Source: Cladosporium halotolerans (lineage: Eukaryota). From it: a stretch of 64,000 nucleotides of DNA. Shown here one piece after another: positions 49,657 to 61,330 of this stretch. The position numbers and the translations under genes were made by a program. The stretch's first letter is position 1. The number at the start of each line of letters is the position of its first letter. The notes beneath the pieces were generated by a model that worked only from the letters and a program-made list of their open reading frames with translations, did no database searches and had not been told where the DNA came from. Where the stretch lies: the NCBI RefSeq assembly GCF_011745625.1, contig NW_027191467.1:248001-312000 (forward strand), written 5' to 3'.

Positions 49657-51937
49657 TCAATAAAACCTCCCCCAAAACCCCTCCTTCACTGCCAACAGCG
49701 CAAAATTCGACCCGACCGTACTCCTCGCGCGATTCCCCACCCACTTGCCAACCTCCGGACCCTGCACATTATACTTCGTGCCGAACGGCACGTCGTGCAA
49801 GCCATTCGTCAGGAACGCGTGCGTCGAATTGATGACCGATTCCTGGACGGCGGAGGAAGAAGCGGCGGCGGCGACGATGTCTGCGTTGCGATTAGTACCA
49901 TCCAGATCTTAGAAGGGTGGATCTAATAACTTACTCCAATCAACAAGCCCCCAAATGAGCGGCCTTCCAATATACTCGAGATTGTTCGCCGGACCTGCGT
50001 ACGCGAGGCCGAGCTCGCTCATCTGCGACTCGTACCAGTCCGACTGCAGTCGCCAGGCCCCATCGGGGAAAGTCTTGAGATCCAGCAGGACGTCCGAGAA
50101 AGCTGGGAAGAGGACGTTCCAGGTGGCATTCTTGCCGTAGTTGTAGGTGAAGTGCTTGCTGCGAGCGGGGTCCGGGCCGTCGAGGCCGAGGCCACCGGCG
50201 TAGAGGGTTTTGGCGATGGATGAGGCGGTTTTGGAGAGGGTGGAGTTGGAGAGGAGGGCGGCGGCGGCGTTGAGGCCGATGGCGGATTGGATGGCGAGGG
50301 CGGTTTGGTTGGCGGTAGCGGGGATAGCGTCGACGCTGGTGAGTTGGCTGGAGGGGTAGAGGGAGTTTTGGACGAGGTAGGAGGCGTAGCCTTCTAGGAG
50401 GGGGCGGTAGGTTTGCGCGTACGCGGTGTCGTTGCTGTAGTTTTGGTAGGCGAGGAGGAGGATGAAGAGGCTGGAGGTTTCGAAGAGGGGCATTTGTTCA
50501 GCTTCGCCGTTGCTGTGGCCGGTGGCGTTGGGGTATGCTGGGGTGAAGGTCAGTCCGCGGTAAGTGATAATGTGCATGTGGCGATACTAACAAGCTCCCA
50601 TATCATGAATAGTCCAAGGCTTCGGCCAAGTCTGTCCAGCCGGTTTTACAAGGTACGACATCATCGGTTCCAAGAACAGCTTGAGGTACTCTGGGTTCAG
50701 GCTGACGAAGATCGGCCAAGACTGGAACATGACATCGACAGTGTTGAGGTTTCCATTGCTCGAGATCTCTTTGAGGAACACCCAGGGCTCAGCGGAGAGA
50801 TTGTCTTTGGGGACCTGATCTTATAGTCAGTAAGACTTCGAGCAAGTCCATCGTTTCACTTACAGTCAACTCCAACGCGCCAAAAGTCTGCCTCACACTA
50901 GCCTCAATGATATCCGCATACTTGGAGCCGAAAGCAGTCGACACCGCTTCGGCCCTCTGGCGCACTTCCTTGTCGACAGTCTTCGAAGCGGCGTTCGCAT
51001 CATCATAACTCTGCAAGAAATACTCGACCGCCTCGGGAATAGTCGGCCACTTCGACCGATAATACCCTGTCTGCGTCTGACCCAAATAGTTAATCGCATC
51101 AGCCCGGTCAAAACCAACAGCGAACGTAACGCTCTTCGCACCGCCGCCACCAACTCTCCCCAGGTCCTTCGTCAACGCAGCAAAATCATGCTCCGTCTCA
51201 TCCCCCGGCGCAGCCAAACTACCACTCTTCGCGAACTCCCCCAAAACACCCATCACGCTTCCCGAACCGTGCGATGTCCCCTCCCCACTCAGCGCGCCCC
51301 ACACGACCGTCCCGTACGTCGCCATCGCCTCGTTCGTCTCCGTGAACAGGATCTCATCCGGGTTGTGGAACGTGAAGAACCGCGCCGTCCCAGTCTCAGA
51401 GTAATTCAGCTTCGCTGCGCCATTCTGGTTCGTCCAAGTCTGATCGATTCCGCTGAGGACTTGCACGTCCGCCTCCCCGCCATCTGCGCTGCTGGCAGAG
51501 ACAGTCAGGTAGGAGTAGGGCAGCGACTGGCGCGCGTAGTCCTCCGCGGCGGGGAGGACGGGGGAGAAGAAGTCGAGGGTGAAGTTCGTTTGTCCAGCGT
51601 GCAGGACGAGGGTGGTGTGCGAGGAGGTGTAGGAGACGGAGTCGAAGGCGGCGTTCTGGATGCCGGGGACGGGTTCCGGGACGCCGAAGAGGGCGTAGGT
51701 GGCTCCGTCGACGCGGGCGAGGATGGGCCAGGTCAGGTTCTGGCCGTTCCAGAATTGCGGGCGGGGGCTGGTTTTGCGGCCGAGTTGGGCACCGGGGACC
51801 CAGGCGGAGAGGTAGGGGTGTTTGACGGCGAGGGGATAGGAGGGGAGGTTTATGCTTGTGCTCTCGGTGCCGGGGGCGCTGCAGAAGAGCGCGAGCAGCA
51901 GGGTGCTCAGGTAGCTCAAGACGCTGAAGAACGACAT
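49657..51937 (-). CDS. Secreted glutaminase GtaA-like protein (DUF5127/DUF4965/DUF1793)
   Basis: PSYPLAVKHPYLSAW, DYARQSLPYSYL, SVRQTFGALELT, FLKEISSNGNLNTVDV, HDMG.YPNATGH, RARSTVGSNFALLA. Three GT-AG introns. Confidence 0.9.
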
Positions 51938-53146
51938 GAGGAAGGAAGAGAATAGCGACGGTTGGGCGGCGCATGGCTCGAGGACGACCGCCGAGGCGGT
52001 TATATTAGCCGCCTCATTGAGGAGAGGGACTTGGGGGAGCAGCATGGCGCAATACAAGCGGCAGCTCACGAGATGGGAATTATGCGGCGTGTGACTAGAT
52101 AGCGCGAATGCAATGGGGATGCACGAACGAGTAACAAGGACGAGAAGGAAGCTGACTTTGCTAGCGACCTACTGAACGTGGTATGAGTTGCAGCTCGCCA
52201 TGGGAATAGCTGGGAGCGGTGGACAAGGGCACGAGGTGCTGGTGGGCCTCTCGACAGATTTTGGGTCGAAGGCGTGATGATGTTCGCTGTTAGCGAGGAC
52301 GACAAGGTGTGCTGAGAGGTGGGAGAAGGGACGCATCATGCGTGGGCGACGATCGTCAGGAGTGGAGCCGGGCCGAGGCAGCTGGCGACGACCTTCAATA
52401 CAGTACTGCAGGGATTCGACCAGCATGACCACTACGGTATGTAACATCGTGCGAGATACCTTGCAGCTGAGCTCGAGCTGCATGGGATGAACATTCTGAC
52501 CGTTCGGCGGATAGAATCAACGCTTCTTCGCCGTTTAGAAGTCGTTGCTCTGGGAGCCAACGTCGGCGTGAAGCCATGACCGGTTCATCATCTGCGCCTG
52601 AGACATCGAGAAATCCCGCACCGAGACATGAACCAAAATCGTCCGTACTCTTTGTGAAGCTTCGTATTGCCTTGCAGACACTGTTGTTGGGAACAATGTC
52701 TGTAGGTAAATTCACACAGCCGGCATCAACAGAATTGAAAGAAAAGCAGAGACGCGAAAGATGATATTCATCAGTCTGAGCATAGATACATTACGTTCAA
52801 TCAAACCTAGCGCACTAAAATGTACACTCCAAACAACCATCGCACCGCCCTTTCCCATCGTCAAAGGCGTAAATTAGATCAACCATATCCAACCACCAAA
52901 AAGGAAAGCGAAAGACCCCCCTTTTGCCGTCATCGTGGATATCGTTCGTAGCCAGCTTTGGCGACCGCGAGCTAAAACTCGCTTGGCCCAAAAAAATTCC
53001 CAACTCCTCGAAAGGAGGTATCACTCTGTTGTCGTGTATAGAGATTCAAGACATTACGAAAAGTCGCCGTCCTCCTCCTCCGTCTTCGTACATTCTCGCT
53101 GCACGTATGTTGCAGTATTATGAGAGGTATTAACAAGGTGTGTGGT

Positions 53147-54101
53147 TTACTCGTACCTGCGAAGCATGTCAGACACTTTCGCGCGTGTCAGGGATCCCTG
53201 TCGCGAATCGGATACGTACTCGTCCTTGACGCGCCTCTGGCTCTCGGTGTCGATGAAGCTGCCGCGGCTGCGGGTGCTGCGGGTGCTCTTCTTGCGGCCG
53301 AAGTAGGACTTCTTGGTGCTGCGGCTGCTCTCGTTCTTGCCGACGCTGCCGCCGATGCAGAAGAGGATGGTCGCGATGAAGAAGCAGGCGAAGGCGGCCC
53401 AAGTGAAGCCGTAGGCGTAGCGGCCGAGGCGGGCGTCTTGGCCGGCAGAGCGGAAGGCGTTGCGGCCGATGACGGTCCAGGCGCTGTGAGCTTGTCAGTA
53501 TCGTGGTTCGGCGCAATTGTGATAATCGGCAGGACGTACGTCATGAGAGAAGCAGCGAGAGCCTGGAAGAAGAGAGCAAGAGCGGTGTTGAGGCCAGTGA
53601 GGTATGCGCCGAGACGGAAGCACAGAGCCAGGACACTGGTGAAGAAGGCGACGACCGCAAAGAAGACGGCGATGATGTAGAACGCGAACATGAAGCGGCT
53701 CAAGTAGTAGAACTTGTCGGTGCCGATGAACTGCTGAGGAACGTTGTTCTCGGTGCCGAAGTTGTTGGGAGGGTCGAAAGGAAGGGCGGCCTGAGTGCCA
53801 CGGCAGTTTGCATTGCGTCCATTCTCTGCACCGCAAAGCGCGAGGAAGGTCCATCGGGTGGGGTTGCCATAGTCGCTGCGTCCACCAGAGATGCCGCCGG
53901 TGGTGGTCTGGAGGAAGTAAACATCGCCAACGGGGACGCTGTTGGTTGCACCGGAGAGGATGACGAAGAATTGCAGCAGGATGCCGCCGGCAAGGATGAT
54001 GATGGCGCAAAGGCCGAGGATGGGACCTGGATGGTCACGTTAGAGCTTCGTTGCATTGCGCAAAGGTACTGTGGGTGTTGTGGCTTACGTGCGAGGGCCA
54101 T
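53147..54101 (-). CDS. SUR7/PalI family membrane protein
   Basis: LLQFFVILSG..VYFLQ, TRWTFLALCG, ALPFDPPNNFGT..VPQQF, YYLSRFMFAFY, YGFTWAA. Three coding introns plus a probable 5'-UTR intron at about 54144-54207. Confidence 0.9.
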
Positions 54102-55030
54102 GTCTGCTGTGTTGTGTTGTGTGTCGCGCAGAGAGCTAGGCAGCTGCGGTAAACAAATCAGCGAAGCTGTCCGGGGTGCTGCAATGAACCGCGCAGAGTG
54201 TACTCACTCGTCTGAACGACAATTAGATGATGCGTAGGAGTAATATACAGAGTAGAGAGAAAGCGCAAGTTGACGGGCGTTTCAGGTGTGCGGGAGGAGG
54301 CAGCGGGAGGAAGAGGTCAAGGATGGAGAGAAGTATAGGCGCTGCGAGGTGACGTCGGCCTCCCTGGTGTTTGTCGGGTGCTTGGACTCGGGCTTGGAGC
54401 GTGCTGGCGTCAGTCTAGCACCTGCTCCGCGCAAAGTCAATCGCCGCGGGAGATTCGTGGTACGCGGGCGCGGCCAGGCGAGACCCCAAGAGGACAATAC
54501 TCAACAGTAGCGGCAGTGTCTCTGTCGGCGGCGTGGATGGCGCGGTGTTGGTGCGTACGGTTCCTTGTTTACGTCGCACACCTCACGCTGGCGCGCGCGA
54601 ATTCGCAGGCAGCTCGAATTCTGGCCCGCGCAGGTTCAAAGCAAGCAAGCAGCCGCTGTCGTCATGCGATTTGGAAGACATCTACGCCGCTGTGCGTGCG
54701 TGACCCGTCGAAATGCCGCGACAATGACGGCAACACGGCACCGGCCGCCCTACTCCCTGCGCAGATCAAGCATTCCTGCGCACCGCCAACATTGTCTGTC
54801 ACGTGGAATGGATGTCGTCGTGAAGGACGCATTCAGCAGCGCCACAAAGGAATGACTGCATCTTCAGGTGTCCGACGTGGCAGCAGCATGGTCGCTCGCA
54901 AGGAACAGCCCTCCTAATGCCTCGGTGATCTGATTCAGTCCCGCGAGGTAATAATTCGTCTGAACTATGTCTATGAAGCCCGTACCAGGTGGTAGCAGTG
55001 CGCATCGACAGCGCTTGGTCTAAGCAAACT

Positions 55031-56320
55031 TTACTTCTGATCAACACTCGCCTGGACTCTTGCTCGCAGCAGCCATTGCTTCCACTGCGAGTCGGCCAGG
55101 ACGCTTCTGACACGCGCCTCGAGCCATTCCGTATTGCCCCAGAATCCCCAACTCGCCTGGAAACGCAGCCAGTCCACGAGTGCAGTCTCCCAGTGCCGCA
55201 CAAATATCTCCCACTCATACTCCCGTTTCCCAATGTCTCTCAATCGCTTCCAATACCTCTCAAGCAGCTCCTTCTCGCCCTCCTGCATCGTCAGAACATC
55301 CGGCACATCTCCCCCCTCCACCAGCATACCCAACGGCACCGAGCACGTAAACAGCTTCGCCAGATCGCAAACCCCCAGCCCCAATCCAACATACTGAAAA
55401 TCGTAAAACGCCACCTCCTCGCCCGTCGCGCTCGCGAACAAATTCTCCGACTTGACATCCCCATGTATGAGCGTCACGTAGTCCTCCACCGCCCCATGCC
55501 CATCCGCACCCGGCGCCAAAACCTCCGCCACAACCTCCGCCACACACTCCCCATCTCCTTCCCCGTCCACAGCCTCAGTCAGCGCCTCACTCCACTCCGA
55601 CCCCCCATCCCCCACCAGCGAATCCCACTCCTCCCTCCGCGTAGCAAGATACGTATATCCGCCATTCAGCCAAACTCCCCTTCCCCCATCTCCATCTCCA
55701 CCTCCACCTCCCCTCTCCAATTCCTCCAACGGCGCCCTCACCAACCTCCCCCTCTCAAACTCCCCAACCCTCCCGAAACTTCTCTCCCACCAAAACCCAT
55801 GGAACCCCGCCAACCAGTCCAGCGCCGCGTACGCCTGCGTCGCATCCAGCGCCTCGCGCTTCCCGCCCGCGACGGGGAATTCCTGCTTGAGATCGCTGAG
55901 CAGCAGGGCCGTGGTCCGGTTTCCGTCCGGGAGCGGGAGAGTCGCGCTCGCGAGGCAGTCTGCGACGGGGATGGAAGCCGGGAGCAGCGGAGCCAGGTGC
56001 GTGTAGAAGTGCGTTTCGGCGGCGTAGGAGAGGAGTTTGCGGGTGTGGGATTCGGTGGGGGGAGCGCTGGAGGGGGTTGGGGGCGGGGTCGTGAGTTTGA
56101 GGATGTAGGATTGGGGGGTTTGTTGGTCGAGGGGCGTGGAGAGACCGGAGTCTTTTGGTTTGGAGGGTGCGGTGGTGTTGGGTTTGGGAGCTGCGGTGAG
56201 GCGGCAGATCTGGCCGTAGCCGGCCCAGAGGGATTGGATGGGGGTTAGGGAGAGGAGGGTGAGGTTTTTTGTTGCGAGGAGGTCGGCGGCGATGGCCTCC
56301 GGGGAGGGTGGAGGTGTCAT
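55031..56320 (-). CDS. Ecdysteroid-kinase-like / APH-family small-molecule phosphotransferase
   Basis: IQSLWAGYGQICR, RKLLSYAAETHFY, WLAGFHG, TLIHGDVKSENL, YDFQYVGLGLGVCDLAKL, DWLRFQASWGFWGN. Confidence 0.88.
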   Translation of the reverse strand: MTPPPSPEAIAADLLATKNLTLLSLTPIQSLWAGYGQICRLTAAPKPNTTAPSKPKDSGLSTPLDQQTPQSYILKLTTPPPTPSSAPPTESHTRKLLSYAAETHFYTHLAPLLPASIPVADCLASATLPLPDGNRTTALLLSDLKQEFPVAGGKREALDATQAYAALDWLAGFHGFWWERSFGRVGEFERGRLVRAPLEELERGGGGGDGDGGRGVWLNGGYTYLATRREEWDSLVGDGGSEWSEALTEAVDGEGDGECVAEVVAEVLAPGADGHGAVEDYVTLIHGDVKSENLFASATGEEVAFYDFQYVGLGLGVCDLAKLFTCSVPLGMLVEGGDVPDVLTMQEGEKELLERYWKRLRDIGKREYEWEIFVRHWETALVDWLRFQASWGFWGNTEWLEARVRSVLADSQWKQWLLRARVQASVDQK

Positions 56321-56589
56321 TGCGGGTGGTGTAGGTGATTTGATGTATGAAATATAATGGATGATGGTAGCGATGATCAAGACGAGAAGAGAAAATGAGA
56401 GTGTGTGTTGTGAACAGGACGGAAACATCCGATGTAGCAGTGTATGAGGCTTTTCAGCAATAAATGAAGAATCTATAGTCAAACATTTTACTGATATGGT
56501 CGGAGCTTTATAAAGCGAGATGTGCTTCTTTCCTTATTGCCGTCGCCGTGGCAGGCGTCCATACGGAGAGGTCGTCAAGAGTCGTCTTG

Positions 56590-56607
56590 CCTTAACCCTA
56601 ACCCTAA
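56590..56607. repeat. Short telomere-type repeat CCTTAA-CCCTAA-CCCTAA in a divergent promoter
   Basis: About 3 units of the TTAGGG/CCCTAA motif between the kinase and MET1. Confidence 0.5.
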
Positions 56608-57139
56608 GCTTCATTAGCCGTAGTGGTCGCAGATGCCTCACATATAGAACATCCTTACAGAGCGAGATTTGTCTGCTGGGATGAAGTTGCTCAGCATCTC
56701 CGGCAAACATATCGAAAGCCAGCCTACATGTAGATATCTACCCAGGTACTCACAGCATCTGTCAGCGGAGAAAGCAATTCCTCCTCACGCCGCCTATCAA
56801 AGGCCAAGAATGTCGCTGACATCTTCTCCGCGGTCGCCCGCATCAAGCCCGCAGCAAGCCAGCCAACAGCCAGCCAACAGCCCCAGCAAAGGCCGGTCTC
56901 GGCGTTTGGGCCTGATAACGCAATCGCGGGGCGGCCGATTCAGCAAGAAAGATTTCCCATTCGCCTCCCGCCCGCCATTTCGGTTGATAAGGGAATAGGA
57001 AAACATACAATTGCCATGTCTGCTTGACGGATGACTCTCGCTTTCGTTCCTTTTTAAGACCTTCACTCCCTTCCCTTCCTTTGGCTCCTTGGTGTATGTG
57101 GCGATTTGTTCTATCTGTTGCTCTTCACACTCCAACAGC

Positions 57140-58858
57140 ATGACTCCCGCTCTTCTCACTGCGGTAGATTCGACTTCTCATGTACACCTGATCGTCGGCT
57201 CCAACCCTCTCGCCGGCGCACGCTGCAGCAAATCTCTCGAAGTCGGCGCGAAGCCGATCGTTATTGCCCCGGACGATGGCAACCTCCACTACGGCCTGGC
57301 CAAGCGGATCGAAGAGAACAAGGTGCAATGGATAAAGAGGGAGTTCCAAGAGGATGACCTTAAGACGCTTGGACGAGAGGAGGTCGACGGCTTCGTCGAT
57401 GCCGTCTTTGTGACTACTGGCGGCAAGACGTCATTGGGGACACAGATCTCGACGATCTGTCGGAGACTGCGCGTGCCGGTAAATGTTGCGGACGCGCCCA
57501 GTCTTTGCACTTTCAGTTTGTTGTCGACGCACACTTCCGGACCTCTTCAGGTTGGTGTGACGACGTCAGGGAAGGGATGCAAGCTTGCTTCGAGGATCCG
57601 CCGGGAGATTGCTTCTGCTCTTCCCGCTGATCTTGGACCTGCTGTAGAGCGATTGGGTACTGTCAGGAGAAGAATTTGGGAGGAGGACCACGCGGCAGAG
57701 ATGGCAGGAGACCCAGAGGCGGAGGAAGACGAGTCCGGACAGACCGCACAATTCAACAAACTCGTGACGCCGACCGACGTCGAAGCAGCCAAAGCACGAC
57801 GCATGAGATGGCTCGCCCAGATCTGCGAATACTGGCCTTTGCGCAGGCTTGCCGCCATCACCGACGACGACGTGGACACCATGCTCAAGTCCTACAAGCA
57901 AGACACCGCAGCCGCCGTCTCCTACGACAGCAAAGGCCTCCTTAACCCCGCCACTCTGGACGCCCGCTCCAAAACCGGCTGCATCATCCTCGCAGGCTCC
58001 GGCCCCGGGCACCCCGACCTCCTCACAACCGCCACCCTCAAAGCAATCCGCAGCGCCGACCTCATCCTCTCCGACAAGCTCGTCCCAGCGGGCGTCCTCG
58101 AACTCGTCCCGCGCCGGACCCCCGTCGAAATCGCCCGCAAATTCCCCGGCAACGCCGACCAAGCGCAGCAAGAGTTCCTCGAAATGGGCCTCGCCGCCCT
58201 CCGCGAGGGCAAAACCGTCCTGCGCCTCAAGCAAGGCGACCCCTACCTCTACGGCCGCGGCGCCGAGGAGTTCGCCTTCTTCCGCGAGCACGGGTACATC
58301 GCCACCGTCCTGCCGGGCATCACGAGCAGCCTCAGCGCGCCGCTGTTCGCGCGCATCCCCGTCACGCACCGCGCCGTCAGCGACCAGGTGCTCGTGTGCA
58401 CGGGCACGGGCCGCAAGGGCGCCGCGCCCACGCCGCCGGACTACCTGCCCAACCAGACGGTCGTCTTCCTCATGGCGCTGCATAGGCTCGAGGCGCTGCG
58501 CGATAGCTTGACGGCACATAAGGCTGCGCCGTGGCCGGCGAGCACGCCGTGCGCGGTCATCGAGCGCGCGTCGTGCCCTGATCAGAGGGTGATTCGCACG
58601 ACGCTGGAGTATGTTACGACGGCTGTGGAGGAGGAGGGGAGTCGGCCGCCGGGGTTGTTGGTTGTTGGGAGGGCGTGCGAGGTGCTGGAGAAGACGCCGC
58701 AGAAGTGGGTTGTTGAGGAGGGATTCACGGGGCTGGAAGTTTTGGATAGTTTGGGAGAGGGAGGGAAGGGTCTTGATGCGCTGCGGGAGCAGTTGGTGAC
58801 GCCGGGGTTGGAGGAAAGTGGGGATCCTATGAGGATGGCGCAGCCGGTGGTGGTGTGA
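57140..58858 (+). CDS. MET1: Siroheme synthase / uroporphyrinogen-III C-methyltransferase (CysG-like two-domain protein)
   Basis: PVNVADAPSLCTF, LQVGVTTSGKGCKLASRIRREIA, LAGSGPGHPDLLT, RLKQGDPYLYGRGAEE, VIERASCPDQRVIR. Confidence 0.93.
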   Translation: MTPALLTAVDSTSHVHLIVGSNPLAGARCSKSLEVGAKPIVIAPDDGNLHYGLAKRIEENKVQWIKREFQEDDLKTLGREEVDGFVDAVFVTTGGKTSLGTQISTICRRLRVPVNVADAPSLCTFSLLSTHTSGPLQVGVTTSGKGCKLASRIRREIASALPADLGPAVERLGTVRRRIWEEDHAAEMAGDPEAEEDESGQTAQFNKLVTPTDVEAAKARRMRWLAQICEYWPLRRLAAITDDDVDTMLKSYKQDTAAAVSYDSKGLLNPATLDARSKTGCIILAGSGPGHPDLLTTATLKAIRSADLILSDKLVPAGVLELVPRRTPVEIARKFPGNADQAQQEFLEMGLAALREGKTVLRLKQGDPYLYGRGAEEFAFFREHGYIATVLPGITSSLSAPLFARIPVTHRAVSDQVLVCTGTGRKGAAPTPPDYLPNQTVVFLMALHRLEALRDSLTAHKAAPWPASTPCAVIERASCPDQRVIRTTLEYVTTAVEEEGSRPPGLLVVGRACEVLEKTPQKWVVEEGFTGLEVLDSLGEGGKGLDALREQLVTPGLEESGDPMRMAQPVVV

Positions 58859-59408
58859 AGGGGGAGGAGGCAATGATGTACTTGACGGCCGCTGCAGAGA
58901 GCATTGTTTTCAACGAGATACCCAAGCGATATAGACTATTAGACTTCAACATCCAACATCGACATCAACCGATTTTAATCCTCACAATCTCAATCACAAT
59001 CAGCCTTGCTCATCCTATGGACCGTGTCCACGAATGGCGTGCGTCATGAGCATGGTCGTGGAAGCCTGCAGAGGTGATATATCCTAACGCCGATGTAGGG
59101 TGGAATCTTGTAGCCTTCAATGAAGCATGATTGAATCACGATATTCTTTAGATGAATTTATATTCAGCTTTAAGCCTATTCGTTTAGAAACCAGAGTACT
59201 TTACGCTCGTCGATTTGGCAGAAACGAGAAACCGCTGACCCGCCCAGAAGCTTGAAAACCGCCAGTGGCAAAACCTTAATTCCTAACCTCACTTCACCCC
59301 CACGCCCAGCCCAGCCCCTCGACCCCACGCAATCACGTGCCACGCTTTTCACATATATATTGTTGCGCAGTTGCGTATGACATAACCAGAAAGCACGAGT
59401 AGGCGATT

Positions 59409-59604
59409 CGGTCATGTGGCGCAGTGGAAAGCACTATAACGGAGACCCCCCGGGGTCGGCCTCGCCAGTCATCGAGGACTGCTGCCCTGGCACACCCACC
59501 GAAAGCAAAATCCGCCTTAACACCGCGGGTTTTCTTGACACCCCCCGAACGAGGTGGGGTGGCTCTTTTGCCGGGTTCGAATCCGGTGTGCGGCGACTGT
59601 TTTT
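59409..59604 (+). ncRNA. Candidate RNA polymerase III transcript (tRNA-like promoter boxes, multi-hairpin body); identity unknown
   Basis: Box A TGGCGCAGTGG at 59417-59427, box B GGTTCGAATCC at 59574-59584, T5 at 59600-59604, and at least four internal stem-loops. Confidence 0.5.
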
Positions 59605-59737
59605 CCTTTTGTTGGCGGTGATGCTGCTTTTTCAGCATCGCAAATGTGTAAGAATTGTTCCACAGACGTGGCATCATTGTCTAGCAAATAGTATGACGAG
59701 AGCTCAAGACAGTACGACTGGCGCATGGTGACAGCTT

Positions 59738-60970
59738 TCAATACTCGTCGCGCCCGCCACGCCCGCCGTGGAGTCTCCTCCCCGAATCGACATTCTCTGC
59801 TTCCTTCCGCATCCCACCAATGAAGCGGGCTCTGTCAGACCTCTTGCGGTCATCTTCCTCTCGCTGCTTCTCCTCTCTGGCGTCCAACTCTGCCAGCCGG
59901 GTCTTGCGATCGCCCTCAAGCTCTGAAGCGTTCGATTGCATGGCTGCCAAGCGCTTTTCACGCTCGGCTTGCTCTGCCGCGTCGTCACGTTTCTTTTCCT
60001 CAGGTGGTGAACGATAGGATTTAGACCGGTTGCCCGATCGCTCGTACGAAGGCGAAGGTCGGCGCCTAGCGTAGTCATCCTTCGTCGAACGATATGGTGA
60101 TCCTGATCGCGAAGAGCCGGAGCGTCTTGGGCTGGGGTATGATTTGCGGTGCTCTTTACGATCATCGTAGTCGCGTCGTCTTCGTGGCGAGCGAGAGCGG
60201 GATGCGCTGCGATCTCTGTCGCGACGTGACCTGTGGCGATGTTCATCACGGTCACGGTCGTCGCGGCGCCTGTACGGTGATCTCGAGCGGGAGTGAGACC
60301 TGTGCCTGTCCCGACGCGAGCGATGTCTGTGTGATCGTCGGTCGTCCTCCTCGTCGCTGTGCCGTCTCCTCTTGCTCCGGTGGCCGTCATCGTCGTCTCT
60401 GTGGTGCCGACGCCTGTGCCTGTGCTTGGAGTCTCTCTTCTCATCGCCGCCATCTTTTCCCGCCGCCTGCGTGAGCATCTTCTTCCTCGCCGGATCATTC
60501 ATCATAGCCTCGTACGCAGCCTGTTCCTGCCTCTTAATCGCCAGCATTGGATCACTCGCAATCTTCGACGCCGTGTCGCGCGCCGAGTTCGCATTCGAAT
60601 TCAGCGCCATGAACCCCTCCTCCCCAGCATCCTTCTTCATCGCCGCCGCCTCCGACTTCTGCACCAGCCCGTCCAGCTTCCGCTTTCCCAGCAAATACCC
60701 TTCCATCTCCTCGCTCACGCCGCCAGCCCCAGGCCCGCCCGATCCAGGCCCATTATACATCCAGTCCACACGGTCCACGCGCTTCTTGCCGCCAGCGGCT
60801 TCCTGCAACTTCTCCAACTCCAGCAGCGCGCGCTCCTCCGCGCGCTCTTTCAGCACCTGGTCGGTCTTTTTGCGCTCCTCCAGGGCCTTATGTTCCTCGG
60901 CCCAGACGCGCTTCTGGTTGGACATGAGCACCGGGTGCCATGACTTCTTCAAATTGAGGTCGCCACCCAT
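59738..60970 (-). CDS. CWC25: Pre-mRNA splicing factor Cwc25
   Basis: [51 protein letters not shown]-rich tail. Confidence 0.96.
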   Translation of the reverse strand: MGGDLNLKKSWHPVLMSNQKRVWAEEHKALEERKKTDQVLKERAEERALLELEKLQEAAGGKKRVDRVDWMYNGPGSGGPGAGGVSEEMEGYLLGKRKLDGLVQKSEAAAMKKDAGEEGFMALNSNANSARDTASKIASDPMLAIKRQEQAAYEAMMNDPARKKMLTQAAGKDGGDEKRDSKHRHRRRHHRDDDDGHRSKRRRHSDEEDDRRSHRHRSRRDRHRSHSRSRSPYRRRDDRDRDEHRHRSRRDRDRSASRSRSPRRRRDYDDRKEHRKSYPSPRRSGSSRSGSPYRSTKDDYARRRPSPSYERSGNRSKSYRSPPEEKKRDDAAEQAEREKRLAAMQSNASELEGDRKTRLAELDAREEKQREEDDRKRSDRARFIGGMRKEAENVDSGRRLHGGRGGRDEY

Positions 60971-61330
60971 TTTGGCGACTTTGTTGGGTGTGTAGTGTGA
61001 TGGATGGGTTGTGTGGCGGTCGCGAACTGGAGAGTGAAGATAAGTCCGCTGGCGGCTGGGAGGCTCGCTTGCGCTGCGCACTTGCCCCGCTGGCGGCGGG
61101 TCCTGCCGCGTTTCCCCGCGCTAGCGTGGAGCTTCGACATGGCGATTGCGACAGGCGTTTGGAGCCTCGAGCTTCAGCTTCACCAGACACCAAGCGACTT
61201 CACGAACCTTTGACGACATTTCTCTTCCTACGTGCAGCGATTGCTTTGCTTCACCAATTTTCTTCTGAACAATAAACACCTTCAATTTCGACACTGAAGA
61301 TCCCTCTCACACCTGCCCGTCACCGCCACG

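Noticed and set aside
54989..58873. Long antisense ORFs (54989-56248 +, 57566-58873 -); similar shadows at 24520, 32509, 42926 and 51188
   Set aside because: Antisense shadows of real genes caused by high GC3 codon bias; no domain motifs.
59409..59604. Calling this element a canonical tRNA
   Set aside because: The acceptor stem and anticodon arm cannot be paired canonically, so it is kept only as an unidentified Pol III-type candidate.
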